From contig NMRA01000158.1 in assembly GCA_002633005.1 (NCBI GenBank), forward strand, positions 622,433-686,432: a stretch of DNA of 64,000 nucleotides. Reading direction: 5' to 3'. Shown here in pieces: positions 38,311 to 51,204 of this stretch. The DNA is from Phoronis australis (Eukaryota > Animalia > Phoronida). Below the pieces are notes generated by a model. It saw nothing but the letters and a program-made list of their open reading frames with translations. It was not told the origin of the DNA and did no database searches. A program made the translations under genes and the position numbers. Every line of letters starts with the position of its first letter. Within the stretch, counting starts at the first letter, position 1.

Positions 38311-40801
38311 GAGCACCGCATAACAAAGCAAGCAGACAGGTCATGAACTAGATTTACGAATGTATGTATGTTTCTGGCTTTTAAATAACGCTCGGCCTTA
38401 AATTCCAATAAAAAACCTTTCGATAAAGCTATTTTACCGAAAGATTAGTAAATCTGAACGTCGCTTTTTTTATTTGAGCCGTTTTCCCGATTGGCCGCTA
38501 GGTGTCATGATACTAAAGCGCTATCTATTGAGAATTTCATAGGCTGAGTGAGCTATATTCATCATTGACTAAGCTGGTTAGTCGGGTTCCGTTTTGTGAC
38601 AAAGGTGGGTGGCATTCGGGGCATAGAGACGCGAGAGACGTCGCACATCGTTTTTACAATCAGGTGCGCCCCATGGATATTCCATTTTTTGCCAGGCTGT
38701 GCTTGATTTGACGTTATGTTTCTTTTCTATAAAAAAATAGCGTACATGTATCTTACATCACCCTCTGGTATATCGAGCGCACCTATACTTTTTCCTGGAA
38801 TACATTTCAGAGCAACAATATCTTTGATTATGTCCGCGAGCATTTGGCAATTAAATGCAACCAATATGCCTATCATGGCAAATCAATTAATTGGATTTTT
38901 TTGCATATCATTGAATTTTTGGGTTACAAGTAAGCGTTGCGATTTTATATACTGTATTTAGTCAACGAATTGTGATAATTTTAGACTGGTCAGACAAACA
39001 GACGAAATCTTGAACGACCTTAATCACTAGACTGTTCCTTGTTATTTTCTGCATTCATAGTTTACGTTTCCAGTTATGTCGTAAGTTATTTCAATACAAT
39101 GTTACCGCGGCTGCCTGCGCAGTTTTTTGTTGCACTACGCCTTAGCGCTGAAGTGGCTGCGCATTTTCTCTGGCAGCGCAGTTGTAATTCCCGTCAATGA
39201 TCTAAACACTGCACAGCTAGAAAAAATAACGAGCGACAGATAAATACAATGAGTGAAACGAGTCACTGTGAATATACAGGTTTAGAAATCGAGATAATTT
39301 TTTTAATTTTAAAATCTTGATATTTAGAGTAGACACCCATTACGAGTCTTCTTCAGAACCGTTTGGTGAGTTGAGAACATAGTTTTGTGAGGATTGTTTA
39401 TCGAATCAAATCAGGTTTAGCCAAATAATCCGAATGGGTAAAAATTCAAGACATGAAAGTATCGGTCATGCTTTTTGACCGTCGAAATGCATTAAACGTG
39501 TTTCATTTGCCATGTTATATGAAGTGCAATGGCTTATCCAGTTATTTGTAAAACTTCGTATGATTTAGAGCACGGGTATTTGTGACGTTTCGAAGACACC
39601 CGATAAAGAACATGTGGCAAGCCCTGAAGACCCAAACCACATGATGATATCCACTAGTGTTGCTTTCATTTTCCAGATATGACAGTTCCTCATCATTTTA
39701 TTAGCTCTAGTATGGGTTTCATAATTCTAACTTGTCGGACTACCACTATTGACAATAAGGAATTGTTTGAAAAGTTTATATCTCATTGCTCTACTCTTTG
39801 TTTTTTCGACAGAAACATCTCCGTTAACGGGAACATTCGATTTCTTTAAATATGAGTAGGTTTAGGATGAAGCTTAACATTCATTTGCTGAGTCGAGTGG
39901 CACCTAAAACGACGTTATATTGCTTTAAAACATCTTCGATAACTTGCAGCACGGCCCAGTTGGTCGATTCTTGATCGCCGCAAATGATCGCCGGTAGTGA
40001 ACGTTAACTGAAGTCCCGTAGTCGACTTTTCTCCAAGACTTACAGTAACATACAATGTTCAAAGCTGCGGTAACTGTAAATCTGTTTTAAACAAAGAAGT
40101 GAAATTTTACGCTGACAAATTCCCAACACAAAGGTAAAGAACATTTAAATCGGTTATTATTCAGCGTCTACTTCGGTGATGTCATAAAACAATAAGTTGG
40201 ACAAGTTTCCATTGTTTTCATCAGAAATTAGAAAAATTACTCATTCGGAAATTATTTTTGAGCTAAATAAGTGAAGAATTGTCCTTGTTCATTTGTACGT
40301 TACATGTTAAAATAAGCGGACGGTGATGGGTCTAACCTTTTAAATTACTGATTAGATAAAGTGGAGGCCTTCGTAATTGTAGAGAAACACAACAAACTAT
40401 TCGTGTAAGGGGTCGTTTCATCATTATCGTTACCTCAGACTTTGAAACCGGCCTGACAAAGTGCACGTTACCCCAGGGGCTAACAAAAGTTCTCCAGACG
40501 ACATGGCTACTTACAGATGTTACCGAAAACCAAATCATGTCATAGTGGAACAGGGAGAAATGTGCGGACTATTTCAATTTCTAATTCCGGATATGAAGGA
40601 CCATCTTTTTGGGATTCGTTAACCACCGATTTCATAACCCATCAAAACACTTCGAGGAAGCAAAATGAAATAGCAGAAACTGTCTACGTTTTATAAAGCA
40701 ATCGCATTCGGTTATTCTTCACTGGACTCGCTTCATTTTGCACACACATACTCATTTAGAAAAATATGTTGTCCCTCACTTAGTTTGCACGAGGTTACAT
40801 A

Positions 40802-41427
40802 CATAGGCGGATTTAGGGGGGGGCAGGGGGCCCGCCCCCCCCCCCCNNNNNNNNNNNNNNNNNNNNNNNNNNNNNNNNNNNNNNNNNNNNNNNNNNNNNN
40901 NNNNNNNNNNNNNNNNNNNNNNNNNNNNNNNNNNNNNNNNNNNNNNNNNNNNNNNNNNNNNNNNNNNNNNNNNNNNNNNNNNNNNNNNNNNNNNNNNNNN
41001 NNNNNNNNNNNNNNNNNNNNNNNNNNNNNNNNNNNNNNNNNNNNNNNNNNNNNNNNNNNNNNNNNNNNNNNNNNNNNNNNNNNNNNNNNNNNNNNNNNNN
41101 NNNNNNNNNNNNNNNNNNNNNNNNNNNNNNNNNNNNNNNNNNNNNNNNNNNNNNNNNNNNNNNNNNNNNNNNNNNNNNNNNNNNNNNNNNNNNNNNNNNN
41201 NNNNNNNNNNNNNNNNNNNNNNNNNNNNNNATACTTCAGGAATCAAGGAAAATGCTTGATTTTTAGAGGTAAAAACAGAAAAATTTCCTGGGCGGGAGGG
41301 GTGCAAACCCCCCTCCCGACCTCCCCCCACTTCGGTGCTATGCGCATCATCGTAGTTCAGTTTGCGCAAATGCTTACAGCCGGACAAAAGTTGGCCCCCC
41401 CCTTGTGATATCCTAGATCCGCCACTG
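40802..41427. mobile_element. Second copy of the CATAGGCGGATTTAGG MITE family, interrupted by the assembly gap
   Basis: Same termini and shared subterminal sequence GGAATCAAGGAAAATG...TTCGGTGCTATGCGCATC...CCCTTGTGATATCCTAGATCCGCCACTG. No clean TSD. Confidence 0.8.
40847..41230. other. Assembly gap (384 N) inside a GC-rich MITE
   Basis: Run of N starting right after a poly-C tract. Confidence 0.99.
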
Positions 41428-42028
41428 CATGATGGAAATTTCTCGTCTCATCTAATTCGCACATCCAGTTTTTCACTCAACGCAAAACTCGGTCACTAGT
41501 TCTATAATTTAGCACAACACACCCGTCTCGTGCTATTGTAAATATCAGGTGAAAGGGGTGACCTATGTCACACGGAGTCAAATGCTCAGAAGTGTTTTAA
41601 CAATGAATGATGAGGTGTAGTAGTCTAGTATTGCAACAGGATAAAAGTAATTTCATTCATAATTTAGTGTGAAATAAATGAAGAAATACCAAAGTAGCAA
41701 TTTTGCGAAAAGGAAATTTCTACTGTGCAATAACTTGTGTATTTGAAAACACATGTAGTCAGTGAAGATCGAAAACAACCTTGAGCAAGTTTATATCAGA
41801 CAACTGGAAATTCAAAAAAAGGAGAACATTTTAGGTTTGTAATGCACTGCCAAGGCTATGTCAATCCTTAATATGCAACATCTCACTGATGATACAGCAA
41901 AACTTAACTTGCTGTTCTGAATTGCTTTAATTACTCACTTCATAATTTCTACTCCACGCCTCACTGACTTTCTTCCACAGTAAAAGTTCAAAAAGTAAAC
42001 CGATAGAACAACACAGTTCAAAGTTGGA

Positions 42029-42034
42029 TTTATT
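42029..42034 (-). terminator. Putative distal polyadenylation signal of the ZFAND gene (~1.1 kb 3'UTR)
   Basis: AATAAA on minus; more proximal AATAAA copies at 42882-42887 and 42964-42969. Confidence 0.5.
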
Positions 42035-43103
42035 AGGTTATGGATATAGGCAGAAATATCAACACTTTCACATGCAATTAATAAAACATTTTTGTTGGTG
42101 AAGCAGAAATTAGCCTCTACCTATCTATAACTTATTGTCCTATAATCCCACATATTGGCTTAATATCCTATCAAGCAAACTTGCATTTAAAATGAACATA
42201 CTAGAAATCAAGGTCCTACAAGGTCCCAACGTGACTGCAGACAGGCACTGGGGACTTGTCCAAATGTACACCAGTGTTAACATCCCCACTCACAACACAG
42301 ACAAAAAAAAACAGACACATAGTCGAGTAGCACAAAAAGCTCACTGAGCGTAAACAATTAAATCCACTGGTATAGGTGTTAATGTGAAGCCAAACAGTGC
42401 TCATTAAATCGTACATTAGTAACAGTGGTCACTCTTTCAATTCAAAGATGCATGCCAAGTTGACTCGTAAAACAAATCTGCTGTAATGACAGTTACACTC
42501 TTCAAGGACTCAGTAAAGACAACCAATAATACATAAAGACCAATGAAAACTACTATTTTGCATGATCAACAAAAACAGTGATAACTAAACATGCTAAATC
42601 CCATAAAGCAATGGTGCTACTTAATTTACAAAATTTAACTCCAAATTGCTTTTCACCTCTAGTTGTATAACAATATAATACGTCATGCCATACAGTTGCC
42701 AAGCAAAAACAATACAAGTTTTAGCCATTAGGATATATTATAATTTTCCAACATTTCAACGACACTAGTAAAACACGGGGAGAAATGTAAGAAAACCAAC
42801 CCACATGTTTGCCGGCCATAAACGTTGCTATCATTTCATAACCACACAAAAACTGACAATAAGGGAAGATGTCTCGATCATTTTATTCAACCATCATTAA
42901 CCTATAATCTTTTATAAACACTTATAAATAAGTTAACTAGCTCATCGTTGCTGGATATGAACCTTTATTTTGGTGCACATACGGGGGACATACCCACGTG
43001 TACGAGGCAAGGTCACACTAAAATGTCTGTTAAACTTTTATCTGACCCCACTAGATCAAATGACAATCCCTCCCAATCTAACACAACAACTCAGAGCTCG
43101 ACT

Positions 43104-43252
43104 TCAGATTTTCTGTATTTTTTCGCTGACAACAACCGGGTTATTTTTCCTAATTTCCTCTGCTCCATGCTTCTGATAGTCAAATTGACAGTTGTGTTTA
43201 TCTGAATATCTATGTGAACTGCAGTAGAGTCCTCCGCAGCGGCATTCAAAGC
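43104..43252 (-). CDS. ZFAND5: ZFAND5/6-like last coding exon (AN1 finger and C-terminus)
   Basis: [26 protein letters not shown]...[16 protein letters not shown]-stop, the typical ZFAND5/6 end. Confidence 0.97.
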
Positions 43253-43480
43253 CTGAAAAGGAAAAGAGAATAGCGTAACGTTGACAGCAAGAGTTTATGT
43301 TCATTCACGTTCCATTGAAGACACGAATGAACACATTTCAAGCTCAAGTTCATATTATTGTCTTTCTGATGTCAATTTAAAAAACAATAGTCAAACAGTG
43401 AACTAATGTGAGTGAAATCTTCAACAAAACTGTTGAATGACAAACTGTTACCATCAACATATACATACATGTACATATTA

Positions 43481-44058
43481 CCGTAATCGTCTGGGTTACC
43501 ACCCAGGGAGCTTAATCTAAAAAACGGGGTGGGCGGTAAGCCGAGCATGGGCGGTTAAAATCGAAATTTTTAAAATGTAGGGAGTGGGTGGTTACCATCA
43601 CTATAGATGTGACTGAGTACCATTTGTCATTGCTCAGGGTGGTGATGTTTTGTGTACTGTCACGGGGAATCACAGAAAGGCAGGCCACGGACTTGAAATT
43701 CCTGTCAAGTACTGCTTTGTTGGTCCTTCCACGGCAATGAAATACATTTGACAAGAGCCGTCTCAGTGATCAGTACACGCTCACACGAGTTTCACGCGTG
43801 AGCCAAAGGAAACAATTCTTTCTCATTCAGTAAAGAGTATGAGAATATGGGTATTTTACCGCCATAGTAAGGCACGTTCCCGGTTCCGCTAAAACTGATT
43901 GATTGTCACTGAAAGGTCAGCAAGTTGCGCACGTTTTGGAATCTTAGTTTTGTGCAACGAACATTCACAAAAGCACAGACACTTTTAAGAGGACTCGATC
44001 ATGAAAAATTGGGGGTGGGCGGTAAGCCGAGCATGGGTGGTAACCTGGACGAGTATGG
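43481..44058. mobile_element. pogo/Tigger-like MITE with TA TSD
   Basis: TA-CCGTAATCGTCTGGGTTACCACCCA ... TGGGTGGTAACCTGGACGAGTATGG-TA; subterminal direct repeat GGGGTGGGCGGTAAGCCGAGCATGGG at both ends. Confidence 0.8.
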
Positions 44059-44675
44059 TAATATAACTTGGCAGTAGACTTTCATTACTACATGGTTGGC
44101 TGTGGTCTTGTAACAACCATTTTAAGTTATGCTCTGAAGATGGAAGATATATTCCAAAATATTAGCAGTTTTGTTGATTTCTGTGTTGTTTTTGTCACTC
44201 ATACTTAACATTGGACAATTCCAGTGTAGGACGTATCCCAAGTTTCAGATCGCTACTACACGTGTGCAAGACCACACTAGTAAAATGTGGGTGATTCAAT
44301 TATAAAGTCGTGTTCAATCAAAGGTACACATACATACAGATTCTAAGCTATCAAAAACAAGATTTTCACACTAACCAAATTAGGCAAATGTTAGAGTTTA
44401 AATTAAGATGTTTGTACCAACTAAACAATTTATTAGAAAATTGCGAAACCAGGATATTTCTGACAAAAACTTAAAATATTGAAAAACATAGTTTAACATA
44501 GTTAATTTCAGCGGATAAATAACATATTCACTAATTTAACCTCATGAAAATGGCCTGAACAGAGAGCTGAAAGCTGTTCACCAATGGGGTGATAAGGGTC
44601 CCACGTGACTACTTGAGTTACTCATACACATGGACCATTAATTCACTAGAGCCACACCATCGAGAGGTTTCCTAC

Positions 44676-44771
44676 CTGTAAGACCAACTTTCTTTTTACA
44701 ATGAAAACAGCGGTTTTTCTTTGGCTTCTTATCTTTATCTGATCCATCCACAGAGCTGGTATCGGCGGCAC
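44676..44771 (-). CDS. ZFAND5: ZFAND5/6-like coding exon 3 (start of AN1 finger)
   Basis: GAADTSSVDGSDKDKKPKKNRCFHCKKKVGLT. Acceptor ttgaag, donor gtagga. Confidence 0.92.
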
Positions 44772-46055
44772 CTTCAATAAACCAACATATGATAAGCCCA
44801 ACATACCAAGTATATGGCTGAGAGAAAGAGAACCCGTTGTAAGATGAAATACAACAATCAGACATAGAAGATTCATCATTTTTCACAATACCATGATAGA
44901 GATTAGAACAGTTTGTTATACACCAACACTTCTTATGTTAACTGGGTAAAAGTTAAAATAGAGAGTAATTAGGAACATTAACTTGGAGTGTTAAAGTACC
45001 AAATAAATGAGTTCCACACCAAAAAAGAACTAACACAATGATTCTAAAAGGCGGCTCTGTATTAGGCATTTAACTGTTTCAAGCTTCGGTCAATTTGGAG
45101 AAAACCTAACAGTTAAGTAAATCATGACCACAAAGTCTGACATCACGCAATATAAGCAAATATAATTTTAGCATTCACATTACAGTCAAACTGCATCATG
45201 ACGTGCCTGGCTCATAACATTCACTCCATAATAAAATCGCATTCCACAAATCCCTATTTAGTGCAAATTTCCTAGAGGCAGTTCGCTGTCATGCCGTTTG
45301 ACAGTATTTCAGCAAAGTATTTATTGTAAGAAAACCACAAACATTCAGTTTCGCAATCCTTGGACACAGACAGGTCATCAATTCTTACAACAGGGCAAAC
45401 TTCCATGACAACTCTCGTTTTTGTTGAAAAAAGAAAAATTAACACCGTTGCTGTCTGCCTCAACTCCACTTCATAATTACACCATAATTGTATGACATCA
45501 TGAACAAAATGCACTCCTCCACCTTCAAATATGGGTCACACTTTTTTCATTAAAACTGTTTGATGAAAATAATATTAAATTTTGTTTTTAAGGGGAAAGC
45601 CTTAAGTTGCCGGTTGTGTTTTCACTAAAACGGAAAATCCCTCGTCATCCAGGACATACTCGAAAGTCAATAAGCATTCCCATTAACAATATTAACTCAG
45701 TGTACCTGTAACTTCAGTTAAAGGGGCAAAATAAAAAAACTTCAACTTGGGACAAAAATGATGCGTTACTACTACATTGCTGCAAATACTTGAAATTTTA
45801 AAGAATGCTACTTGGTGACATCTGTACCATTCACTTCATACTATTATGAGATTTAGTTGAGAAATTTGACGAAATTAACTTTTATTTGTCCGCCATATTG
45901 TGTCACAGACAGACCAAAGACAGCCGGAGAATATCCGTCTCGAATCTACAGTCGAACGCAATGACAATCAGTGTTCAATGAGCCATCTTGTTTAGTCAGT
46001 TAACCGGAAGCAGAAACATGAAAAACACATCCACTCCATCTCACTAATGTTGCAT

Positions 46056-46133
46056 GGGTGGTTACTAAGGGACAGGGTGGTTACTAAGGGACAGGGTGGT
46101 TACTAAGGGACAGGGTGGTTACTAAGGGACAGG
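46056..46133. repeat. Minisatellite, 4 perfect copies of GGGTGGTTACTAAGGGACA (19 bp)
   Basis: Read directly from the sequence. Confidence 0.95.
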
Positions 46134-48053
46134 AAAAGAGTAATTAACATTAAAATATATCTAAGATAATTGGGACAAACAATTTTTAGTGAAATTTACA
46201 TCAAAATGCTGGTTTGTCTTTAAGCCACCTCCTTTGATGACTTAAACACATGACCCTTTCATATAATTATGAGTGCTGATGTATCGATGTTTTGGGGAGT
46301 GATGGTATGGTTAAATTCAGCCTTGGCTAAAAGTAAGAGGACAAATTAACTTTGCAATTACAGTAAAATCTCACCAATATTGAACAAAATTGCCCTTTTC
46401 TCCTCATTTTTCAAGGGCTTCTCGCATTTTGAGAAAGGAAGTTTCTGTGTGTCATTTTCAAATTTCAAGGTTAACCAACTCCAATAAAATCAACATTGTA
46501 TTACGTCTTGGTAACACAAAACAAGTCTTAACATGTCAATGAAAATTTTAAGACCATTTTTTTAACAGTGAATGCCCAATTCGATAATCGTTCACGAAAC
46601 GAAATGCAGCCTTAAGCGTCACCAGAGTTATCAGCAAGCGTTGCCGTCAACGCCACATACTGTAGCATTATTATCACCACTCCACCACTTTAAGCACTTC
46701 ATTTCATTTATTACTTGACCAAATACACAATATGTACTTCAAAATAAAAAAGTATGCCTGCATAGCGAATACTTAAATGACCAATGCATCAAACTACCAT
46801 AACTTCGGTCTCTACTAGCTAATGAAGCCCGTCTGAAAAATTCATCCAACGTTGCCCCTTTACACCAACTCTCCCCTAGTACCAGTGTTGCGTTGGTGTG
46901 AGAAGTGCTAGTACATGGCCACTTGATGAGTTTATTGGGGTCAAATAAGGATTTTTGAGGACGAAATGTTGATTTATTGACCTAACAATTTACAGTGACT
47001 GTTAAGCTTAATGGCAGGCTATTTAACAGGGGGAGAAAGAGTAGAACAAGTTGTTCAAAATGTCTGGGAAGGCATTTGCCCCTTTACGTTGAAGCTTGAA
47101 CAGGCCTGCTAGGTCCCTAACTATAACAAGGACCTCAGCTGCAAACTGACTGTAAGAACCACTTAAAATGCTACGTTACAACAAAATGAATGTATAAAAC
47201 TGTCCCATATAGCTACAAGGTGAATGTGTAAAACTGCCAACTTAACTTTACAATGGCACAGAAAGTCAGCCAACAATGAACCCCATTGAGCCCATAATTA
47301 TTTCAATCATTTAAAAGCAAGAACATTAATTCACAATTTACATTATCAGCTCTTTGGTACTTCTTGGAAATAATCAAATCAAAATAAACATTAAGAATAA
47401 TGAGACAACATGTTTACTTGCTCAGTTGTTTTTCCCAGTAAGATTGTTTTCTTTCTTTTGCATAACCACAAAGACATAACCTGCTGTACAAGTCAACTGC
47501 AACAATGTTTTGCAGTATGGAGATATTGAATGAAATTCAGTGTCAATTGTTATGCAAAAGTCCTTTGTAATATTCTACAGTCTCAAAAACCACTATTACT
47601 TGGCAGCAACCCTTCTTGAAGAAAGAATTCACTGGCACATGACTGAGACATGCGTCAACTATTTTAATGTCCATTTTTAAAAACCCTTTTTTAACCTTGG
47701 GAGATAAAGTAAATCGCATTAAAAAAAGCAATGAACCCACTTTCTGTAAAGATTGCGATTTAGACCACTGACTGTTATAAAATCGGTTACTAAGCAATCC
47801 CTTGCATGAGATTAAGAGCAGTTTTTTGAACTTGGAAAGAACTGAGAGCTTGTTAAAAAACATTTGATGGGCTGAGCAGGGCCTCAAGGATAACAAAAAG
47901 TTGGTTATTCTCAAGCCCAGAAATCACCAGTAAGAAATGACTGGTCAAACTGGTCATCAGCATTACAACAGTCAGCGGCAGGCTTAAAACAACCAATGCA
48001 CCTCATGCTCAAACTACAAATCTCCTTCATGTCAACAATAACCAATCACTGAC

Positions 48054-48197
48054 CATCACATTTGTCATCCGCTTTAGCCTCTGCGCCCAGACACGTGTCT
48101 TCATCTCGCTCTTGTGCAGTTGTCGTTGTGTGCACAGTTGGTGAAGCAGTTTCTACGCAAGGTGTTGTTAGACCGACACATTCACTAAGGCCGGGAC
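48054..48197 (-). CDS. ZFAND5: ZFAND5/6-like coding exon 2 (Thr/acidic linker; not in the ORF track)
   Basis: Hand translation GPGLSECVGLTTPCVETASPTVHTTTTAQERDEDTCLGAEAKADDKCD. Strong acceptor ttttctcttgtag, donor gtcagt, 144 nt phase 1-1 with no stop. Confidence 0.8.
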
Positions 48198-48240
48198 CTA
48201 CAAGAGAAAATTAAATATAAAACTTACTAATACATCATTC

Positions 48241-48449
48241 CAGTGTTCTCCATGACCCCTTTTAACAGGTCGCCGCGACCCGCTTGATTTTGCCTTTGAC
48301 CTGTTAAGTTAAACAGCACACGACACAATTCATTTTGAACAAAAAGTATAATTTTTGTGTCTTCACTAAGATATGTACGCACCACACAATTTTTCGAAAT
48401 AGTTCAGCTGTAACGGTGGCTTGCGAATTTTTGAAAGTAGAGAACACTG
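48241..48449. mobile_element. MITE with CAGTGTTCTC TIRs and exact 5-bp TSD CATTC
   Basis: cattc-CAGTGTTCTC ... GAGAACACTG-cattc. Confidence 0.8.
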
Positions 48450-49788
48450 CATTCTGTTGGGTTTGATCAGACGGTAGAGAGCCTCCAACAGTCTATTGAA
48501 AAATTCACACACTACAGCTAGAAGGACTGATCCTCAGAAGGGAGACGATCAGTCGCAAATCTGTTGGCAGATTTGCCTTCGGCTACATGACTAACTTGTG
48601 ATCAAGCTTGTTTCAAGCATGTCGGTCCCATGTGACTGGGCAAAGCACTAACAATTTCCACACCACAGACAGCTTGCTTGTCACGTCTTTCAAGTCAGTC
48701 TGTTGACATGCAATACCGCCTCCTCATTGACGTGAGTTTCTGATTGAACTTTTAGCTAGGTGTTTAGCGCTAGGACATGTGCCTCGCACAATGACATTTA
48801 AGCTCACGAATATCACCGAAAGCTGTAACAAAAATGTTAAAGAATCGACAGGTAGCTGCAATGCCATCTAGTATTTGGGCGAGGAACCACCCAGAACCTT
48901 TGTGAAACCTCAGGCTATTTTGTCTGTTGATTCAGCGGGCCCTATCTTAGGCCTGATAAAATTCCATTATAAGTGCTCTAAATCATTTGAGACACAGTAC
49001 ATGTGATACACAAGTCAGTACAAATGATACTGTTCACCTAAATGAACAAAGAAAATGACAAATTCCAATAAATGTTTGTATCAAATAAAAAATTGATGAA
49101 ATGATATGTTACACTGAACTACTCTAGTCAGGTTATGGATGACTGGGGCTTCAAATAAGCTAATTTATGAACATATTCAAAAGCTCATGCGGGAAGTCCG
49201 CAGACGCCATTGAGAAACCAGTTACGTAATAAAAAACTTGTTGCAGGCATAAATACCTATCATTTTAACTTAGTCAAGATGAGATACAATACTTTTGGCC
49301 AATTCACTCAAACAAACGAGCAGTATAAACCAAGGGCAGAACTTGTGAGGTATTTTATGACACTGAATTGACATCAGCATGCTGACAACCTTGGAAGTAA
49401 CACTTGCAACTGCATCTAGCAATCACCATATCCCACACTAACCAATATGCAATTCATCTGGCCAGTATGTAATCAAAATGAATGACCAGCAAACACCACA
49501 AGTGTAGGTAAAATGTGGGCTGTCCTTTTCTTTGTGCTGAGAGAAATTTCTGATCTCACCCCTTAAAGACACAATGTGGTCAACAGGGGAAACTTTTTGT
49601 CATTTTTATAAAAGATATGTGGCATCAAATTGATGCTTTAACAATCCCAGGTTCTGCGCAAGTCACCGTCGAAAATATTTTGGACACAGGTCATGCAGCA
49701 CGTTAAAATAGGTCGTGGAGAATACCAATTTCGGACTATCCTAAGCTAACCAATCTGCAATTTACATCACTGAACAATTGGTGCTCAC

Positions 49789-49975
49789 CTGAAACAGTTG
49801 GCGGCGTCGGCCGGCCAGTGGCGCTCTCTTCTGGTGTTGTCGAGTTATTTTTGCGCTTGACAGCCTCCTTGTAACATTTGGAGCACATGCCATCAAAGGA
49901 GGTACTTCCATAGAATCCACAGCCAGACTTGCACAGCATGGTCGAAGGACAGTTCTGGTTTCCATTCTGCTCCAT
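49789..49975 (-). CDS. ZFAND5: ZFAND5/6-like coding exon 1 (A20 zinc finger)
   Basis: MEQNGNQNCPSTMLCKSGCGFYGSTSFDGMCSKCYKE is the A20 finger. Kozak GCCATGG, upstream acceptor tttcag at 49989-49990, donor gtgagc. Confidence 0.96.
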
Positions 49976-50091
49976 GGCTGCGTGTTGTCTGAAATGTGTA
50001 TGATCAGACACCGTTCACGGCACTGCATCGACAGCCAAATTGAGACAAACGTGGCGATATTTCAAAGCATTTTTTTATAAATTCCCTGCAA

Positions 50092-51204
50092 TCGTCGTGT
50101 TGTCAATTACACCTGTTGTGCCCTGGGATAATCGAATGATTGACATGAGAAAGTTGCGAAATTGTTTGAATGAAAGAAATTGTGATTCGTCTTTGTCAGC
50201 CCTGACACAACAGAATTTGAAATTTGGTCAGTTCGTTTTGGTGCTCCCTTACCGCTAAAGACCAGCATGTCCGAAGTTCACAACCTTGGTTCATACAACA
50301 ACACTAGCGTCTGGTAGAGCAAGGAAAACAAAACAATCAACTGTGCTGGTTAATTAGTATCTACATGTTGTATAATTCATCACCAGTCATTCTCAACATC
50401 TAATGCCACAAAGCAGAGTAACTACACTAGAACTAGTTATATGGTAAGAGTACAAACATATGCAGCTGCCTCATCAGACAATAACCTGTCCTGATGCTAC
50501 ATAGCAGCTGATATCACCTCGCAATGTTTTTAAAAGCTGGCATCACACATGAATATCGGGAAAATTGTACTCTGAAGAGAGAATGTAGAACAGATGAACA
50601 ACATCAATAACTGTGGGGCCTCCATACCATCAGGGATGCACTGAAGCNTCGTCGTGTCGTCAATTGCACCTGTTGTGCCCTGGGTTAATCGAATGATTGA
50701 CATGAGAAAGTTGCGAAATTGTTTGAATGAAAGAAATTGTGATTCGTCTTTGTCAGCCCTGACACAACAGAATTTGAAATTGGGTCAGTTCGTTTTGGTG
50801 CTCCCTTACCGCTAAAGACCAGCGTGTCCGAAGTTCACAACCTTGGTTCATACAACAACACTAGCGTTTGGTAGAGCAAGGAAAACAAAACAATCAACTG
50901 TGCTGGTTAATTAGTATCTACATGTTGTATAATTCATCACCAGTCATTCTCAACATCTAATGCCACAAAGCAGAGTAACTACACTAGAACTAGTTATATG
51001 GTAAGAGTACAAACATATGCAGCTGCCTCATCAGACAATAACCTGTCCTGATGCTACATAGCAGCTGATATCACCTCGCAATGTTTTTAAAAGCTGGCAT
51101 CACACATGAATATCGGGAAAATTGTACTCTGAAGAGAGAATGTAGAACAGATGAACAACATCAATAACTGTGGGGCCTCCATACCATCAGGGATGCACTG
51201 AAGC
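50092..51204. repeat. 556-bp tandem duplication joined at a single N (50648); probable haplotype-overlap assembly artifact
   Basis: 50092-50647 and 50649-51204 are nearly identical, with only a handful of substitutions and indels. Confidence 0.9.

Larger units (their letters stand above)
43104..49975 (-). other. ZFAND5: Gene model span: ZFAND5/6-like A20/AN1 zinc-finger protein, 4 coding exons, 191 aa
   Basis: 187+144+96+149 = 576 nt; all three introns are phase 1 GT-AG. Probably co-orthologous to vertebrate ZFAND5 and ZFAND6. Confidence 0.93.

Noticed and set aside
40776-41408. Two ~200 aa ORFs in the ORF track
   Set aside because: Open only because they run through the 384-N gap; the flanks are MITE sequence.
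45718-46223. Kolobok-like element bounded by TTAA
   Set aside because: TTAAAGGGGCA and TGTCTTTAA ends are suggestive, but the inverted match is too short to call.
47543-47914. 123 aa minus-strand ORF in a ZFAND intron
   Set aside because: No recognisable motif, AT-rich composition, non-ATG start, and not needed for the gene model.
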